From the NCBI GenBank assembly GCA_036679065.1, contig JAZIGN010000003.1, positions 128,001-192,000 on the forward strand: a stretch of 64,000 nt of DNA, read 5' to 3'. Positions 21,989-32,607 of this stretch are shown here, in pieces (positions within the stretch are counted from its first letter, which is position 1; every line of letters begins with the position of its first letter). The notes beneath the pieces were generated by a model, which had not been told where the DNA came from, did not search any database, and saw only the letters and a list, made by a program, of their open reading frames with translations. The stretch is from Coprothermobacterota bacterium. GTDB taxonomy: Bacteria > Coprothermobacterota > Coprothermobacteria > Coprothermobacterales > Coprothermobacteraceae. The translations under genes and the position numbers were made by a program.

Positions 21989-23536
21989 TCAGTATCCCAC
22001 AAAGTAAAGCTGTTCAATGTTAATGGAATTAATGTTATAGCCCTTTAGTCGCTCATCGAGTGCTTTATAAGAAGTAGGAGTTGGCAGAAAAGCAGCAGGT
22101 GGATCCTTGAGCATTATGTCACAGATTTCTCTGTAAAGCTCTGCTCTGTTATTTTCATCTAATTCCGTCTGCGCTGCTTCCAAGTATTTGTCCACCGATG
22201 AATTCTCATATTTAAAAAAGTTCAAAGGGCTCTTGCTGTAAAAAAGCGGTGTTAACATGTTGTCCGCCTGTCCATTGTCACTGCTCCAACCTAGTACAAA
22301 TGCTTCCGTGGCTTTGCCCTCCATGAGGTCATTTAGCAGACTTTCGAAGGGTTTGTAAACAAAGGTGATCTTCACTAATCCAGTACTTTCATAAACCCCT
22401 TTTAAGCCCTCACCTAATTTCACACCACCGCTGGGCATGTAATCACGCGGCTCAAGCGGCACTTCCACAGTCAAGTTAAGAGGGCGCTCTTTGCTGTAAC
22501 CAGCTTCTCGGAGCAGTCTCGTACCTACCTCACGATTAGGCGATAGGTATCGGCACCCGATTTCCTTTTCCAATGCAGGTGGAAGAGGGCCTTGGCTACG
22601 CAAAGCAAAACCCTTGTAAACCTGTTTAATCAGGTAATCTTGATCAAGCAGTAACACCAACGACTGTCTGACCTTGGCATCAGCCAATACGGCCGATTTA
22701 GTATTAAAACCCAAAAAGGACGTAGTCAGCAGATGAGTTTCCACCAGCCTAACGTTTGCCTCCGCATTAAGCGATTCAACTAGCTCGGGAGGAACATAGC
22801 TCAGAATGTGAACCTTCCCCTGGCGGAGTAGATTTACTGCTTCTTCGGGGTCGTCCACAACCAAGTAGCGGATGCTCTTGAAGCCCACGCCATCAGTCAG
22901 CTTGCCCTGCCACCAATTGCTGTTGTACTCCAGCGTTATCGCTTTATTTCTAACCCAATCTGCTAGTTTATAAGGACCAGTGCCTATGGGATTGTTTTTT
23001 AGATCGGTGGCGTTAGGTGAAACCATACTGCCGCCAAAAGGCAGTGCTAAATTGGTGAGGAAATCTGCCCTGGGCTCTTTCAAAGTAAAACGCACAACGT
23101 GGCTGCCAAGCTTTTGTACGTCTTTAACGCTTCCCCACACCAAGCTGGCATAGTAGGAAGTATCAGCTTTTTCCATGCCTCGCCTTGCATTCCAAATCAC
23201 CGCATCAGCATCAAAAGGTGCACCATCTTGGAACTGAACGTTTTTCTGGAGATAAAAGGTGAAAACCAGACCATCATCGCTCACCTCGTAGTAACTCGCT
23301 AAACAGGGCTCAACTTCCAATGAAGAAGGCCGAAACTTCATCAGTCCTTCATAAATCTGACTCATCACATTCCACGAGTTTATATCCGTTGCTTCCAAAG
23401 GGTCCATGTTAACTGCATCGTCGGACAGTGCGTAGACTAAAGTACTAGAGTGAGCGTTAACAAGAAGATACGCCGATAAGAACAATAGAATGGCAACAAC
23501 GGCACCCAACCACAAGTAACTTCTTCTATTCTTCAT
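21989..23536 (-). CDS. ABC transporter family-5 (peptide) substrate-binding protein
   Basis: QIYEGL, PCLASYY, VQFQDGAPFDADAV, PIGTGPYKL. Confidence 0.92.
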   Translation of the reverse strand: MKNRRSYLWLGAVVAILLFLSAYLLVNAHSSTLVYALSDDAVNMDPLEATDINSWNVMSQIYEGLMKFRPSSLEVEPCLASYYEVSDDGLVFTFYLQKNVQFQDGAPFDADAVIWNARRGMEKADTSYYASLVWGSVKDVQKLGSHVVRFTLKEPRADFLTNLALPFGGSMVSPNATDLKNNPIGTGPYKLADWVRNKAITLEYNSNWWQGKLTDGVGFKSIRYLVVDDPEEAVNLLRQGKVHILSYVPPELVESLNAEANVRLVETHLLTTSFLGFNTKSAVLADAKVRQSLVLLLDQDYLIKQVYKGFALRSQGPLPPALEKEIGCRYLSPNREVGTRLLREAGYSKERPLNLTVEVPLEPRDYMPSGGVKLGEGLKGVYESTGLVKITFVYKPFESLLNDLMEGKATEAFVLGWSSDNGQADNMLTPLFYSKSPLNFFKYENSSVDKYLEAAQTELDENNRAELYREICDIMLKDPPAAFLPTPTSYKALDERLKGYNINSINIEQLYFVGY

Positions 23537-23595
23537 TACTTATTTATATACCCAAATGTCGCACGATGATGCACTTCTGTAGCCGTTTTTGATAA

Positions 23596-24252
23596 TCATT
23601 GACTTTTATGCGATGGTTTGTAGTTCTTAAGAATGTCCAAGACCTGTTCATCACTGAGTGAGCTTACACCCAAGCCACCCATAATAACATTGCCAGCAAC
23701 TACCATCTTTGCCGCTTCTTCCAGAATCTCTATTCTGGCATAAGCTTCAGTAAGAGATTGCCCCCAAGCAAACACACCGTGGTTTTTAACAACCACAGCA
23801 TGGCATGTTGTGCCTGCTAAAGTGGAAATGGCCTGAGCAAGTTCTTCACCTAAACAAAAACTGATCACACTGGGTTTACCCACTAACAGGGCTTGTTCAG
23901 GGGTATAAACGCCAAAATCAAAACCAGCACTGCACAGCCCAACTAATGTTGGCGGGTGAGCATGCACCACGGCACGCACCGCTGGGTTTGCCCTGTATAT
24001 GCTCATGTGCGTTCTTAGCTCGCTTGACGGTTTCCCTTCGCCCAATACACCGCCTGACAAGAAATCCACTTTTACTAAGTCTTCTTCTTTGAGATTCTCT
24101 TTGTTGAAGCCCGAGGGCGTTATCAAAACGGCATTATGGTCATCCAGCACCATACTGGCATTACCACCATAAACAGAAATAAGCCCACGGCTGTAGAGCT
24201 TTTTCATAACATCAGCCAATGTTTGTCTTGCCAACTGTTCTCTGTGGTTCAT
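23596..24252 (-). CDS. Class II aldolase/adducin family (FucA-like)
   Basis: GGNAS, ITPSG, PSSELRTH, VVHAHP, KNHGV. Confidence 0.92.
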   Translation of the reverse strand: MNHREQLARQTLADVMKKLYSRGLISVYGGNASMVLDDHNAVLITPSGFNKENLKEEDLVKVDFLSGGVLGEGKPSSELRTHMSIYRANPAVRAVVHAHPPTLVGLCSAGFDFGVYTPEQALLVGKPSVISFCLGEELAQAISTLAGTTCHAVVVKNHGVFAWGQSLTEAYARIEILEEAAKMVVAGNVIMGGLGVSSLSDEQVLDILKNYKPSHKSQ

Positions 24253-24342
24253 AAAAGCATGTCACCTCCTGTGGGTAACTCCTACAATTTTAAGCGCTGC
24301 TTTGAATGAACTGGGAAGTTTTCTCTTAAGCGTGGGAAACAG

Positions 24343-25155
24343 CTAAAAATCGGTTCTTTTTATCATGTAACCGCCTGCAAGGTAACATGCTATGCCGACA
24401 AGAAATAAATAAATTAAAGATGTGGATAGATTAATAACTCGGCTTGAGAAAGAAGAAAAATAAGACCCGTAAAATAGCCGTGGAATTAAATCGATGGAGA
24501 AAATGAAGTTATTTGTCTGCCAAAACATTGACAAGAATATCCACACGAATGGAATAAGCAATGCCACATACCCTTGACGGACAACTATGGATATGGTCAC
24601 AGGGATCATCATAAAGATAGCCGAACTAAAAGCAGAATAAAATATCATCTTAGCTGACAGTACAAAAGGTGTTGCACCAGCAGGAAACTTTAACGTGCCT
24701 ACGCCAGCATTAAATTCAGAACCCCGTGTAGCGTATTCACTGAAATTTCCTGCATACGGAAGCTGCATCGCACAGATGGCAAAAACAACCAGAAAACCGA
24801 TTATAAAATAAATAAGAGCAGCACTGAATAGACTCAGTACTTTTGCTGTCCACCAGCGCAGCCGGCTGTTTGTTCGCGGTAATACCAGCCAAGACCAATT
24901 ACTGCTGGTATCCTGGACTAATGTATCTGCAGTAAGAAAAACAAATACCAGTAAGATGATAAAGCGAAAATACAGCCAATCTGCCATGGTACCGAATACA
25001 CCGTCCCAAACGTTCGTTTGCACATTGTAAGCTCTAAAATACGGTAAGAGATTAGCAAGAGCAAGAAGGGTAGCTAATGCAAACGCAGGAAACACCGCAA
25101 GAAAACGCTTGCACCATACCAACCTGAGCGTTTCATTCCACCAAAGTCTTATCAT
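24343..25155 (-). CDS. ABC-2 type exporter permease
   Basis: Six TMs; ATGA overlap with the ATPase. Confidence 0.7.
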   Translation of the reverse strand: MIRLWWNETLRLVWCKRFLAVFPAFALATLLALANLLPYFRAYNVQTNVWDGVFGTMADWLYFRFIILLVFVFLTADTLVQDTSSNWSWLVLPRTNSRLRWWTAKVLSLFSAALIYFIIGFLVVFAICAMQLPYAGNFSEYATRGSEFNAGVGTLKFPAGATPFVLSAKMIFYSAFSSAIFMMIPVTISIVVRQGYVALLIPFVWIFLSMFWQTNNFIFSIDLIPRLFYGSYFSSFSSRVINLSTSLIYLFLVGIACYLAGGYMIKRTDF

Positions 25156-26048
25156 CGGTAGACCCCCCCTTCCAGCTGTGCGCACTCCAAGAAAACAGCC
25201 TCTAAGTTCGGCCCCACGTGGCTGATGCTCTCGATGGCAACTCCAGCGGATTGCAGCTCCGCTATAACCTGCGGAACCGCCATTTTAGTGTTCAATATCC
25301 CACGGGGCAAGCCTTTATTAGGCGTTAGTTTTTCCAGCTCAATATGGGCAGACTCAGCCCATCGCTTTAAAGTGCCCCAATCATCTGCAGTGCTCACACT
25401 CACTTCGATGGAAGTTTGTTCAGTGGACCGAAGGTTTACCTGGCGCAAAATTTTTCCGCCATTGATGATTGCCACACAGTCGCACATACGCTCTATTTCA
25501 TTAAGTAAATGGCTGGCAATGATGATGCCCGTACCAGCTTGAGCCAGCTCAGAAAGCAGCATCCGCAGATCAATGATGCCCAGTGGATCGAGAGCGTTGG
25601 TAGGCTCATCCAACAACAGAAGCTTCGGACGTTCCATGATAGCTTGAGCAAGCATGAGCCTTTGTTTCATACCCAAAGAATAGTTTCTGACTGCTGTCTT
25701 GTTGTCAGGATCAAGACCGACGCGCCTCAGTGTCTGTTTAATCTCACTTGTGCCAATTTTGCCTCTTATGGAAGATAACATACGAAGATTCTGCAAGGCA
25801 TTCATATCGCCGAGTAATGCCGCTTGCTCAGGCACAACACCTATGCCAGCAGATTTATCAAACAAAACAGAGCCGCTGGTTGCCCTTACAACGCCGGAAA
25901 CAATTTTAAGCAAGGTGGTTTTGCCTGCGCCATTTGGACCTATGAGGCCTAAGATCTCTCCTTCACTTACGGATAAACTTACGTCCTGCAGGATGACCTT
26001 TTGCTTCACCCTCTTTGTCAGCGATTTTACTTGCAATACCTCATTCAT
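25152..26048 (-). CDS. ABC exporter ATP-binding protein (BcrA-like)
   Basis: GPNGAGKTT, YSLGMKQRL, LLLDEPTN. Confidence 0.93.
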   Translation of the reverse strand: MNEVLQVKSLTKRVKQKVILQDVSLSVSEGEILGLIGPNGAGKTTLLKIVSGVVRATSGSVLFDKSAGIGVVPEQAALLGDMNALQNLRMLSSIRGKIGTSEIKQTLRRVGLDPDNKTAVRNYSLGMKQRLMLAQAIMERPKLLLLDEPTNALDPLGIIDLRMLLSELAQAGTGIIIASHLLNEIERMCDCVAIINGGKILRQVNLRSTEQTSIEVSVSTADDWGTLKRWAESAHIELEKLTPNKGLPRGILNTKMAVPQVIAELQSAGVAIESISHVGPNLEAVFLECAQLEGGVYR

Positions 26049-26060
26049 TTCCTCAGCTCC

Positions 26061-26828
26061 TTACATGTAATCCTTTTTAAGGCTAAAGGCAGCAATGGCA
26101 AGCACATGCGTAACTAAGGCTATTACAGCCCAATAACAAACCATATGTAGTATCGATACCGGAATAGAAACGTCTGTAAGCGCCAGGTTGGCGTAGGGGT
26201 CTAATAAATTAACTTTAGTCGGGCCCATTCTCATTACATAGGTCAGCCCCATGTAAAGCAAAGTAGGTGCAGCCATTACGACGAATGTATTTTTGACCCA
26301 AACTGAAGTTAGCAGTGCAATTCCATTGAAAGCCACTGCAGCAGCCATAAAAAGCAACGCAATGAGAAAACAGTATGTAACAGGCTCATCGTAGGCAAAC
26401 GCTTCAGAATAACGCTGAGCGCCTATGTAAATTGTTCCCATGGGGAAAAAAGGAAGCAAAGCAACAAAAAAAACAACCAACGTAATGCCGATAAAACACA
26501 TTTGACCTAAAGCACTAGTAATCACTTTTGATGTAACGTACTCAAAGGCAGAAACACCTCTCGAGAAAATGAGCGAAAGTAGTCCTGAGCGGCTGTCCGC
26601 CACCAGAGCGCCTCCAGTAAAGAATCCTGCTACAGGCGCAAGAAGCAAGGACATTATTGAACTGGTAGAAAAGCTAAAAACATCAAAGATCGTTCTTTTA
26701 GGGGTACTTATTCCAAGGTATTCAACAACGCCTGTAAATAGTGCCACTAGTAAAACTACGCCCAAAAACAGCGATGTACGCCTTTTTAGCAGTCTGTTTA
26801 TTTCAAACTTGATCATCTCTACAAGCAA
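26061..26828 (-). CDS. ABC-2 type exporter permease
   Basis: Multi-TM protein; probable TTG start at 26828 after a GAGGGGG RBS. Confidence 0.7.
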   Translation of the reverse strand: MLVEMIKFEINRLLKRRTSLFLGVVLLVALFTGVVEYLGISTPKRTIFDVFSFSTSSIMSLLLAPVAGFFTGGALVADSRSGLLSLIFSRGVSAFEYVTSKVITSALGQMCFIGITLVVFFVALLPFFPMGTIYIGAQRYSEAFAYDEPVTYCFLIALLFMAAAVAFNGIALLTSVWVKNTFVVMAAPTLLYMGLTYVMRMGPTKVNLLDPYANLALTDVSIPVSILHMVCYWAVIALVTHVLAIAAFSLKKDYM

Positions 26829-26954
26829 ACTTATATCCCCCTCGTTTTTATGGTTAAGTCCCATCTCATTAAGCGAAGAGCGGCCGCCCCACCGCTTAAA
26901 GGTTATTCTAACATATGAAAAGAAGCACCATGACATATATGGTACAAACTCCGA

Positions 26955-27290
26955 CGGTGCCCACAATCTTTAGTGATCTGCCCCACTGGTAAATCACATA
27001 CGCCAGACTGAGAGCTTTCTTGCAGATAAGCCTTGGTAAAAACCGTGAGGAACCCTTTCACGTATCTAAGGAATGAATAGCGTAGCTAAAACAACGCCGC
27101 CTGCTACCACTAAAGCTTAGAAAATGCTCTGGGACACCACCGCTGAAAAAACCCAAAAGCTGAAGCCAACGGACCACCCCTAGCATAAGTAAGCAGCTGA
27201 ACTACCAAATAAGGAAACACAAAGTCCATATGATGCGCTAAAACCACGTTTTTGACATGAGCAAAAGGCTAAGCGCCATCAAAATGTGGT
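26955..27290 (-). pseudogene. Degraded fragment paralogous to the O-antigen ligase family gene at 29639-30886
   Basis: Hand translation gives ILMALSLLLMSKTWF*RIIW / QLLTYARGGPLASAFG / IP*IRER / AYLQESSQ / IYQWGRSL, matching ILVALGLLLTSSGWIERFVW / QLLTYARGGLLASAFG / IPQLRDR / AYVQESSQ / IYQWGRAL, with stops and frameshifts. Confidence 0.85.
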
Positions 27291-27394
27291 GGAGAACGGA
27301 ACATTTCATCCCTACTGAAAAACACTTTCAACCCATCGAATGACCAGAAGAAACAGCATTTTACCAAACACAAAAGTCCTGTGCCACATTAATG

Positions 27395-27435
27395 AGCAAG
27401 AAGGAGGCACTCCACCTCTTTGCCTCCTTCTTGCT
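27395..27435. terminator. Strong hairpin downstream of the MCP gene
   Basis: 15-bp perfect stem AGCAAGAAGGAGGCA / TGCCTCCTTCTTGCT. Confidence 0.7.
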
Positions 27436-27466
27436 TTCACGCCCTTCCATGCAAGCGAAGTTTCTT

Positions 27467-29461
27467 TTATATCTTGAACTTATCCACTTCTTCTTTGAGC
27501 TGTTCAGCTAACTGTTCTAATGAAGAAATCTCCTGCGCAATTTGGTATACACCCTGGGACTGCTGCTTCAGGGCATCACTGAACTGACGCACCTGCTCGG
27601 CAATACTTCTAACAGGTTCTACGGCATTATCCACCGCAGCATTCAATTCCTCAGTGGAGGCGCTGAGTTCCTCAGCACTTGCAGCAAAACCTTCTGCAGT
27701 ACTGGCAATTTTACCCACGCTGTCCAGAATAGCGCTGAATTTTTGCTGGGCTTGCTTTGTCCTTTCGTAGGCAGACTTTACCACGTTCAATGTGTTCTTC
27801 ATAGAACCGCTGGCTTCAGCTGTTCTGTTTTGAATCCCACCAAGTATGTCAGCAATGCTCTGAGTAGCCTCTTGACTCTTTTCCGCCAGCTTCCTTATCT
27901 CGTCAGCTACTACGGCAAAACCGCGTCCTGCTTCACCGGCACGAGCAGCCTCTATGGCAGCATTCAAAGCCAACAGGCTGGTTTGCTCAGCAATTTGCTC
28001 AATTGTTTCCACAATGTTACTGATGCTGCTGGCATCCTTTGATAACTGCTCCATGATCGTGTTTGTTTTGTCAGTGTTTTTGTTAGCAATATCTACCACT
28101 TCTGCAACTTGCTCTAAGCTCTCGGCGCCTTCCTGAGCATTTGCCTTCACATTGGAGACTTCCGTGGCGAGCAGCTGTGCGTCAGTGGCAATGCTTTGAG
28201 CAGTGCTGGAAACCTGGTCCACACCGCCTGCAAAATCCTCAATGGCGTGGTAAGCCATTTCCGCATTCGTAGCGATTTCATTACTCTGCGCCGTTAATTC
28301 TTCCACAGAAGCACTGGTCTCCTGAGAAGTAGCTGCTAAGCTACCTGCAGACTCATTCACCCGATCTGCCGTTTGAGCAGCTGCCGCAATGAGTGCGTTC
28401 AAGCTTTCAACCATGTTGTTCACACCCTGTGCCATGCGGCCCAGCTCGTCACGTCCTTTCACAGGTGCTCGCACCGTTAAATCACCCTTGGCAATGGCTT
28501 CAATGGCACCACGCAGCTCAAGTAAGGGACGCAGGAACACGTTCTGCACAGCGAAGTAACCCAAAATCACTGTCAGTAGTAGTACACCCAGACCCACTAA
28601 TATGGTGGTGTTTATGACCTTTCTGACGGGGGCACTGATGACCGATGCTGGCATGGCACTCAAAAAATACCAGCCGCTGGGAAGCTGTTTAACGAAACCA
28701 ATACGCTTAGATCCCTTCAAGGTGTAACTGACCATGTTTCCCTTGGTAGCAGCACTCTTCATGTCTTTCCAAAAAGCTTCTTTGGATAGGTCTGTACCAG
28801 CACTGACAAAGGAACCACTCCCAGAAAGCATGACTACGCCATCACGGCTGAGCAAGTACTTGGAAATGTTATTTGTGAACGCCAGCATTTGACTGGCAAC
28901 TTTGTTTGCCTCAATGTCAATACCCACCACACCCACATAATCGCCCATACTGTAAATGGCTTTTGCTACTGTGATTACTTGTGTTTGGTTTACTGGCTCG
29001 TTGTAAGGTTCTACCACCACAAAATCCGTGGGGTTTGCCATGGCTCTTTGGTACCACACTGTGCTGGTAGCATCGTACTCAGGAGGCAGGGACGTCATGG
29101 GCTCCATAATGACTAGACCAGTATTAGAAGCTGCATACACGTTAAGAATGTCTGGGTACTGCTTCCTAATGGCATCAAAAAGCATCCTCACATCGGACTG
29201 GACCATCACGTCATCGGTGGAAGCTGCCATGATAACCTGATTAGTATTAGCTAAATAAGACGCCAAGTTGCCGTAGTTCTTCAAAAAATCCCAAATGGCT
29301 CTAGAATCTGATTCCGTTTGCGTTTTTAGCTGCTGACCAACTAAGTTTTCAAAGTCGCCACTGATGCGGTAAGCTTCAATACCCCCTAAGCCCAGTACCG
29401 TTAAGAATACAAGCACAATCATAACTACTGTAATCTTCACTCTTAAGGATTGATTACTCAC
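27467..29461 (-). CDS. Methyl-accepting chemotaxis protein (Cache-HAMP-signalling)
   Basis: Two TMs, Cache-like [48 protein letters not shown]. Confidence 0.97.
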   Translation of the reverse strand: MSNQSLRVKITVVMIVLVFLTVLGLGGIEAYRISGDFENLVGQQLKTQTESDSRAIWDFLKNYGNLASYLANTNQVIMAASTDDVMVQSDVRMLFDAIRKQYPDILNVYAASNTGLVIMEPMTSLPPEYDATSTVWYQRAMANPTDFVVVEPYNEPVNQTQVITVAKAIYSMGDYVGVVGIDIEANKVASQMLAFTNNISKYLLSRDGVVMLSGSGSFVSAGTDLSKEAFWKDMKSAATKGNMVSYTLKGSKRIGFVKQLPSGWYFLSAMPASVISAPVRKVINTTILVGLGVLLLTVILGYFAVQNVFLRPLLELRGAIEAIAKGDLTVRAPVKGRDELGRMAQGVNNMVESLNALIAAAAQTADRVNESAGSLAATSQETSASVEELTAQSNEIATNAEMAYHAIEDFAGGVDQVSSTAQSIATDAQLLATEVSNVKANAQEGAESLEQVAEVVDIANKNTDKTNTIMEQLSKDASSISNIVETIEQIAEQTSLLALNAAIEAARAGEAGRGFAVVADEIRKLAEKSQEATQSIADILGGIQNRTAEASGSMKNTLNVVKSAYERTKQAQQKFSAILDSVGKIASTAEGFAASAEELSASTEELNAAVDNAVEPVRSIAEQVRQFSDALKQQSQGVYQIAQEISSLEQLAEQLKEEVDKFKI

Positions 29462-29638
29462 GTCCCGTATCCCTCCCTCTGCTGCTTTACTGTCATTGAG
29501 CGTACCCGTCTCTACTTAACCAGCTTAAGCCGAGAGCGCTCCCCAAAACCTTGATCATGCACAATGCTTTGAAGTGCATCACACACCACCACCAAAGCCT
29601 TATGCACGACCGTTAAAGCCTTATTCATTAGTAATATT

Positions 29639-30886
29639 CTAAAGCACCATGGCCAGTGGGAATACCCAACTGAGCACGTAAAAGTAATCGAAGACGTTGT
29701 CGGTGAGGCCGTGGAAAGCCCAAGCAGAAACGGCACCAAGCACGCAAGCGAGCAGTAGTTTAACCCTTTTATCCTCCGTATTAAGTACTTTCTTCAAGCC
29801 TTCCAGTAGCGTGCTCACCACAAAATAAACGAAACTCACCACACCCAAAAGCCCATATTCGGCCATAATGGCGTAGTAGGCACTGTCAATGCGCAGGGCC
29901 CCATGGAGCCCCAAGTTGATTGAAGACTGGGTACCAAAGGTGCCAGGGCCCGTACCAATTAGCAGCTGCCTAATACCTTTGAAACCGCCTAATATGCCCA
30001 CATTTTCCAATGCCCTACCCCACTGGTAAATTCTGCCTCCAGGTTGTGAGCTTTCCTGAACATAAGCCCACGAAAATGCAGTGAGCAGTCTATCGCGCAG
30101 CTGAGGAATGGTTAAAGCACCTATGACCGCCGCCGCAGCCGCCACGCAAGCCCATACAAGGCTCTCCACTGCAAGCGCCACAAAAATCCCAAAAGCGGAA
30201 GCCAACAAACCGCCCCGAGCATAGGTAAGCAGCTGAGCTAACAAAAAGCCCAAAAAGCTTAACCCCCAAACAAAACGTTCAATCCAACCACTCGAAGTGA
30301 GCAAAAGCCCCAGTGCCACCAAAATGGAAATGTCCACAAATATGCTGTAGTAAGTGGGAATGGAGAAAATGGACCACACCCTGATAATGGTGCGATCGGT
30401 ATCAAGCTCCGTATCCAGCCACTCGGACTGAGGAGCCTGCTTAGTTAACACTTGGTAACCAGCCACACCACCCATGAGCAAACCACTAATAGTTATGTAA
30501 ATCAGCAACCTCCTAAGTTTTGCGTAGTCCCAGTCCACAGCTGAGGCAAAAAGCATGATGCCAAATGGACCAACCACACGTCGCAGTGTCTCCTTGAAAA
30601 TGAGCAGAGGCACACCGTTAATGGCACTACTCCAAAAGTAAACCAGCATGAACGGTGCGAAGCGCATAACCTTTTCCCAGCGAATGTGTCGGTAATCGAT
30701 TACAGCAAACACGCAAACAAAATACAGAATGTCAAACCAGTAGGATTTACTGGGTGTAATGGTGTCAGCCAACCTACCGTACCATGGGTAAAAAGCAAAA
30801 GTAAGAAGAGTGAACTCCTCTAAATACCGCCTAATTGGAGTTTGCTTTGTTTCCAGAGCCGGATTCGTTGTCTTCTGGTTGCTCAA
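29639..30886 (-). CDS. O-antigen ligase / O-oligosaccharyltransferase family protein
   Basis: Multi-TM; LTYARGG, R..QW, IGTGPGTF, DSAY..IMAEYGLLG (Wzy_C-like). Confidence 0.8.
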   Translation of the reverse strand: MSNQKTTNPALETKQTPIRRYLEEFTLLTFAFYPWYGRLADTITPSKSYWFDILYFVCVFAVIDYRHIRWEKVMRFAPFMLVYFWSSAINGVPLLIFKETLRRVVGPFGIMLFASAVDWDYAKLRRLLIYITISGLLMGGVAGYQVLTKQAPQSEWLDTELDTDRTIIRVWSIFSIPTYYSIFVDISILVALGLLLTSSGWIERFVWGLSFLGFLLAQLLTYARGGLLASAFGIFVALAVESLVWACVAAAAAVIGALTIPQLRDRLLTAFSWAYVQESSQPGGRIYQWGRALENVGILGGFKGIRQLLIGTGPGTFGTQSSINLGLHGALRIDSAYYAIMAEYGLLGVVSFVYFVVSTLLEGLKKVLNTEDKRVKLLLACVLGAVSAWAFHGLTDNVFDYFYVLSWVFPLAMVL

Positions 30887-32003
30887 TCATATTCACCAAC
30901 CTTAATACCAAAGCTCCTGCTTCTTGAATGTTCTTATCACTTATGCACTCGATAGTATCTGTGAGCATGAGCTGGCTTTCCTCTTTACCTCTGAGCTGAC
31001 CCACCACAGAAAGTGAAGCACAGCCACGGAAGTTCAGAAAAGCTCCCAAACTGCGCCTGTAACTAAAATCCGTGAAATTGTTTATGCCAGCTTCGTTTGT
31101 AAGAAATGCCACCACCTGCTTGGGCATGCCAACAGCAGACCACAAACCGTGGCGCCTTGCTACTGCTACTGTGCCAGCGCCGGGCCTTTCCAAGGTGATA
31201 AAGAGCACATTCCTTGGTAGCTTGTAGCGGCGCTTGAAGGCATCAATGCCTGCACCACTAACGTTACCAGCGTCCACAAAAAGCATCCAGTGTGGAACAT
31301 TGTCAAGTAGGTCACTGATTTGCTTCAATACCAGCATGCCAGATCCATTATCCAAAGCACCCGGGTAAAAACGATGGAACAGCCCTTGGTAGACAAAATC
31401 CACCAGCTCCAGCAGAAGCACCACAGCCAGCACGAAGCCCACGTAAAGCCAAAACTTTATGGGAAAGTAAAAGCTTAACACCGAAGTGAAAGAAGACAGC
31501 ATCAAAGACAGATTAAGCCAAGCTGTGCGTCCTACACCCTCAGGGTCAAACCTGTCCCACAGACCCTCTACACGGCTATCCACGTTCACAACAAAAACAA
31601 CATGAGGAACGGAGTGATCCTTTTTCCCTTCGCTTTCATCTTTGTCTTCGTCTTCACGTTTAGGAATTTTCTTCAGCACCAAGTTCTGGCACCGGGTAAA
31701 ACTGAACAGCCTCGACCAGTTCACGTAACCGTTCTCTTCCCACAAAAGCAGTAAGGCGGGAATAACCACCAGTACCACAGACAAAAGCGGGTTGCGTTGA
31801 AGAAGGAAAAGCCCCGCCACTTCCAGCAAAAGCAGTGAGCCCCAAGACCACCCGGGGTGCTGAGGCGACTTAAAATCCACCGTCTCATGCTCGTAACCAG
31901 TAAAACACTGCTTCAGATGCTCCTGCAGTTTACGGGTTTGCTCAGAGCCAGGAGCCCTCACAGAAAATTCGGCTAACTTCTTTTTCAGATCCCGAAAATC
32001 CAC
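30831..32003 (-). CDS. Membrane-embedded M28 peptidase-like protein (degenerate active site)
   Basis: GALDNGSG retained; AHxD replaced by VNVDS and the EE motif by GN. Confidence 0.6.
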   Translation of the reverse strand: MDFRDLKKKLAEFSVRAPGSEQTRKLQEHLKQCFTGYEHETVDFKSPQHPGWSWGSLLLLEVAGLFLLQRNPLLSVVLVVIPALLLLWEENGYVNWSRLFSFTRCQNLVLKKIPKREDEDKDESEGKKDHSVPHVVFVVNVDSRVEGLWDRFDPEGVGRTAWLNLSLMLSSFTSVLSFYFPIKFWLYVGFVLAVVLLLELVDFVYQGLFHRFYPGALDNGSGMLVLKQISDLLDNVPHWMLFVDAGNVSGAGIDAFKRRYKLPRNVLFITLERPGAGTVAVARRHGLWSAVGMPKQVVAFLTNEAGINNFTDFSYRRSLGAFLNFRGCASLSVVGQLRGKEESQLMLTDTIECISDKNIQEAGALVLRLVNMIEQPEDNESGSGNKANSN

Positions 32004-32170
32004 GCCTCTAAATCACCAATGCCTCCCGAAAAAACTTATGAAAAGAAAATAACAGCTTGCAGAACCAAAGCATGAAGCTGTGCGCTTGCCACTACCAGTT
32101 TTGCTTGCACAGCCTTATACGTTAAACCGCTAGCATCCATAATGCATCTACGTCTTTCTTCGCTTTTTAT

Positions 32171-32392
32171 TTACTGGGCTCGGCGTACTCGGATGTTACC
32201 TTCGCCGAATACCTTTTGACCAACCTCTTCAGCCCTTTGCCTACCTTCCTCGTAAGAATCAGCTTCCACTGTTACCATGATGAGCCTGCCCTCTTTGGCT
32301 TCCACCACATAAGGCAGCTTCAAAGCCTCTTCCACCACACTACTGCTTTCAGCATTGTACGGGAAGAATTCCACCACAAACGTGTGTTGCAT
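32171..32392 (-). CDS. PurS-like small protein
   Basis: KEGRLIMVTVEADSYEEGRQRAEEVGQKVF resembles the PurS C-terminal half; GAAGGAGG RBS and its own TGCTATACT -10 (32438-32430). Confidence 0.55.
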   Translation of the reverse strand: MQHTFVVEFFPYNAESSSVVEEALKLPYVVEAKEGRLIMVTVEADSYEEGRQRAEEVGQKVFGEGNIRVRRAQ

Positions 32393-32447
32393 TGTCAAAA
32401 ACCTCCTTCGTCGAAGAGCGATTACACTTAGTATAGCACAAAGCTAA

Positions 32448-32551
32448 TTTGGAGCCGCCCCGTGGGGTTTGTTTGGGTACGGCTCCAAACGAAAAGGAGG
32501 AGGTTGAACCGATTCTCGGGCGGGCAACGTAACTTCTGTCACTTCCCGCCC
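32448..32551 (-). other. Structured 3' region of the NCS2 gene: two hairpins flanking a CU-rich anti-SD-like linker
   Basis: GGGCGGG/CCCGCCC stem, then AACCTCCTCCTTTTC, then TTTGGAGCCG/CGGCTCCAAA stem. Confidence 0.5.
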
Positions 32552-32607
32552 TCTGCCACAAACGTAACTGTGCGTATGTCAAGTAAGCAGAGGTGACAGC
32601 ATTGTTC

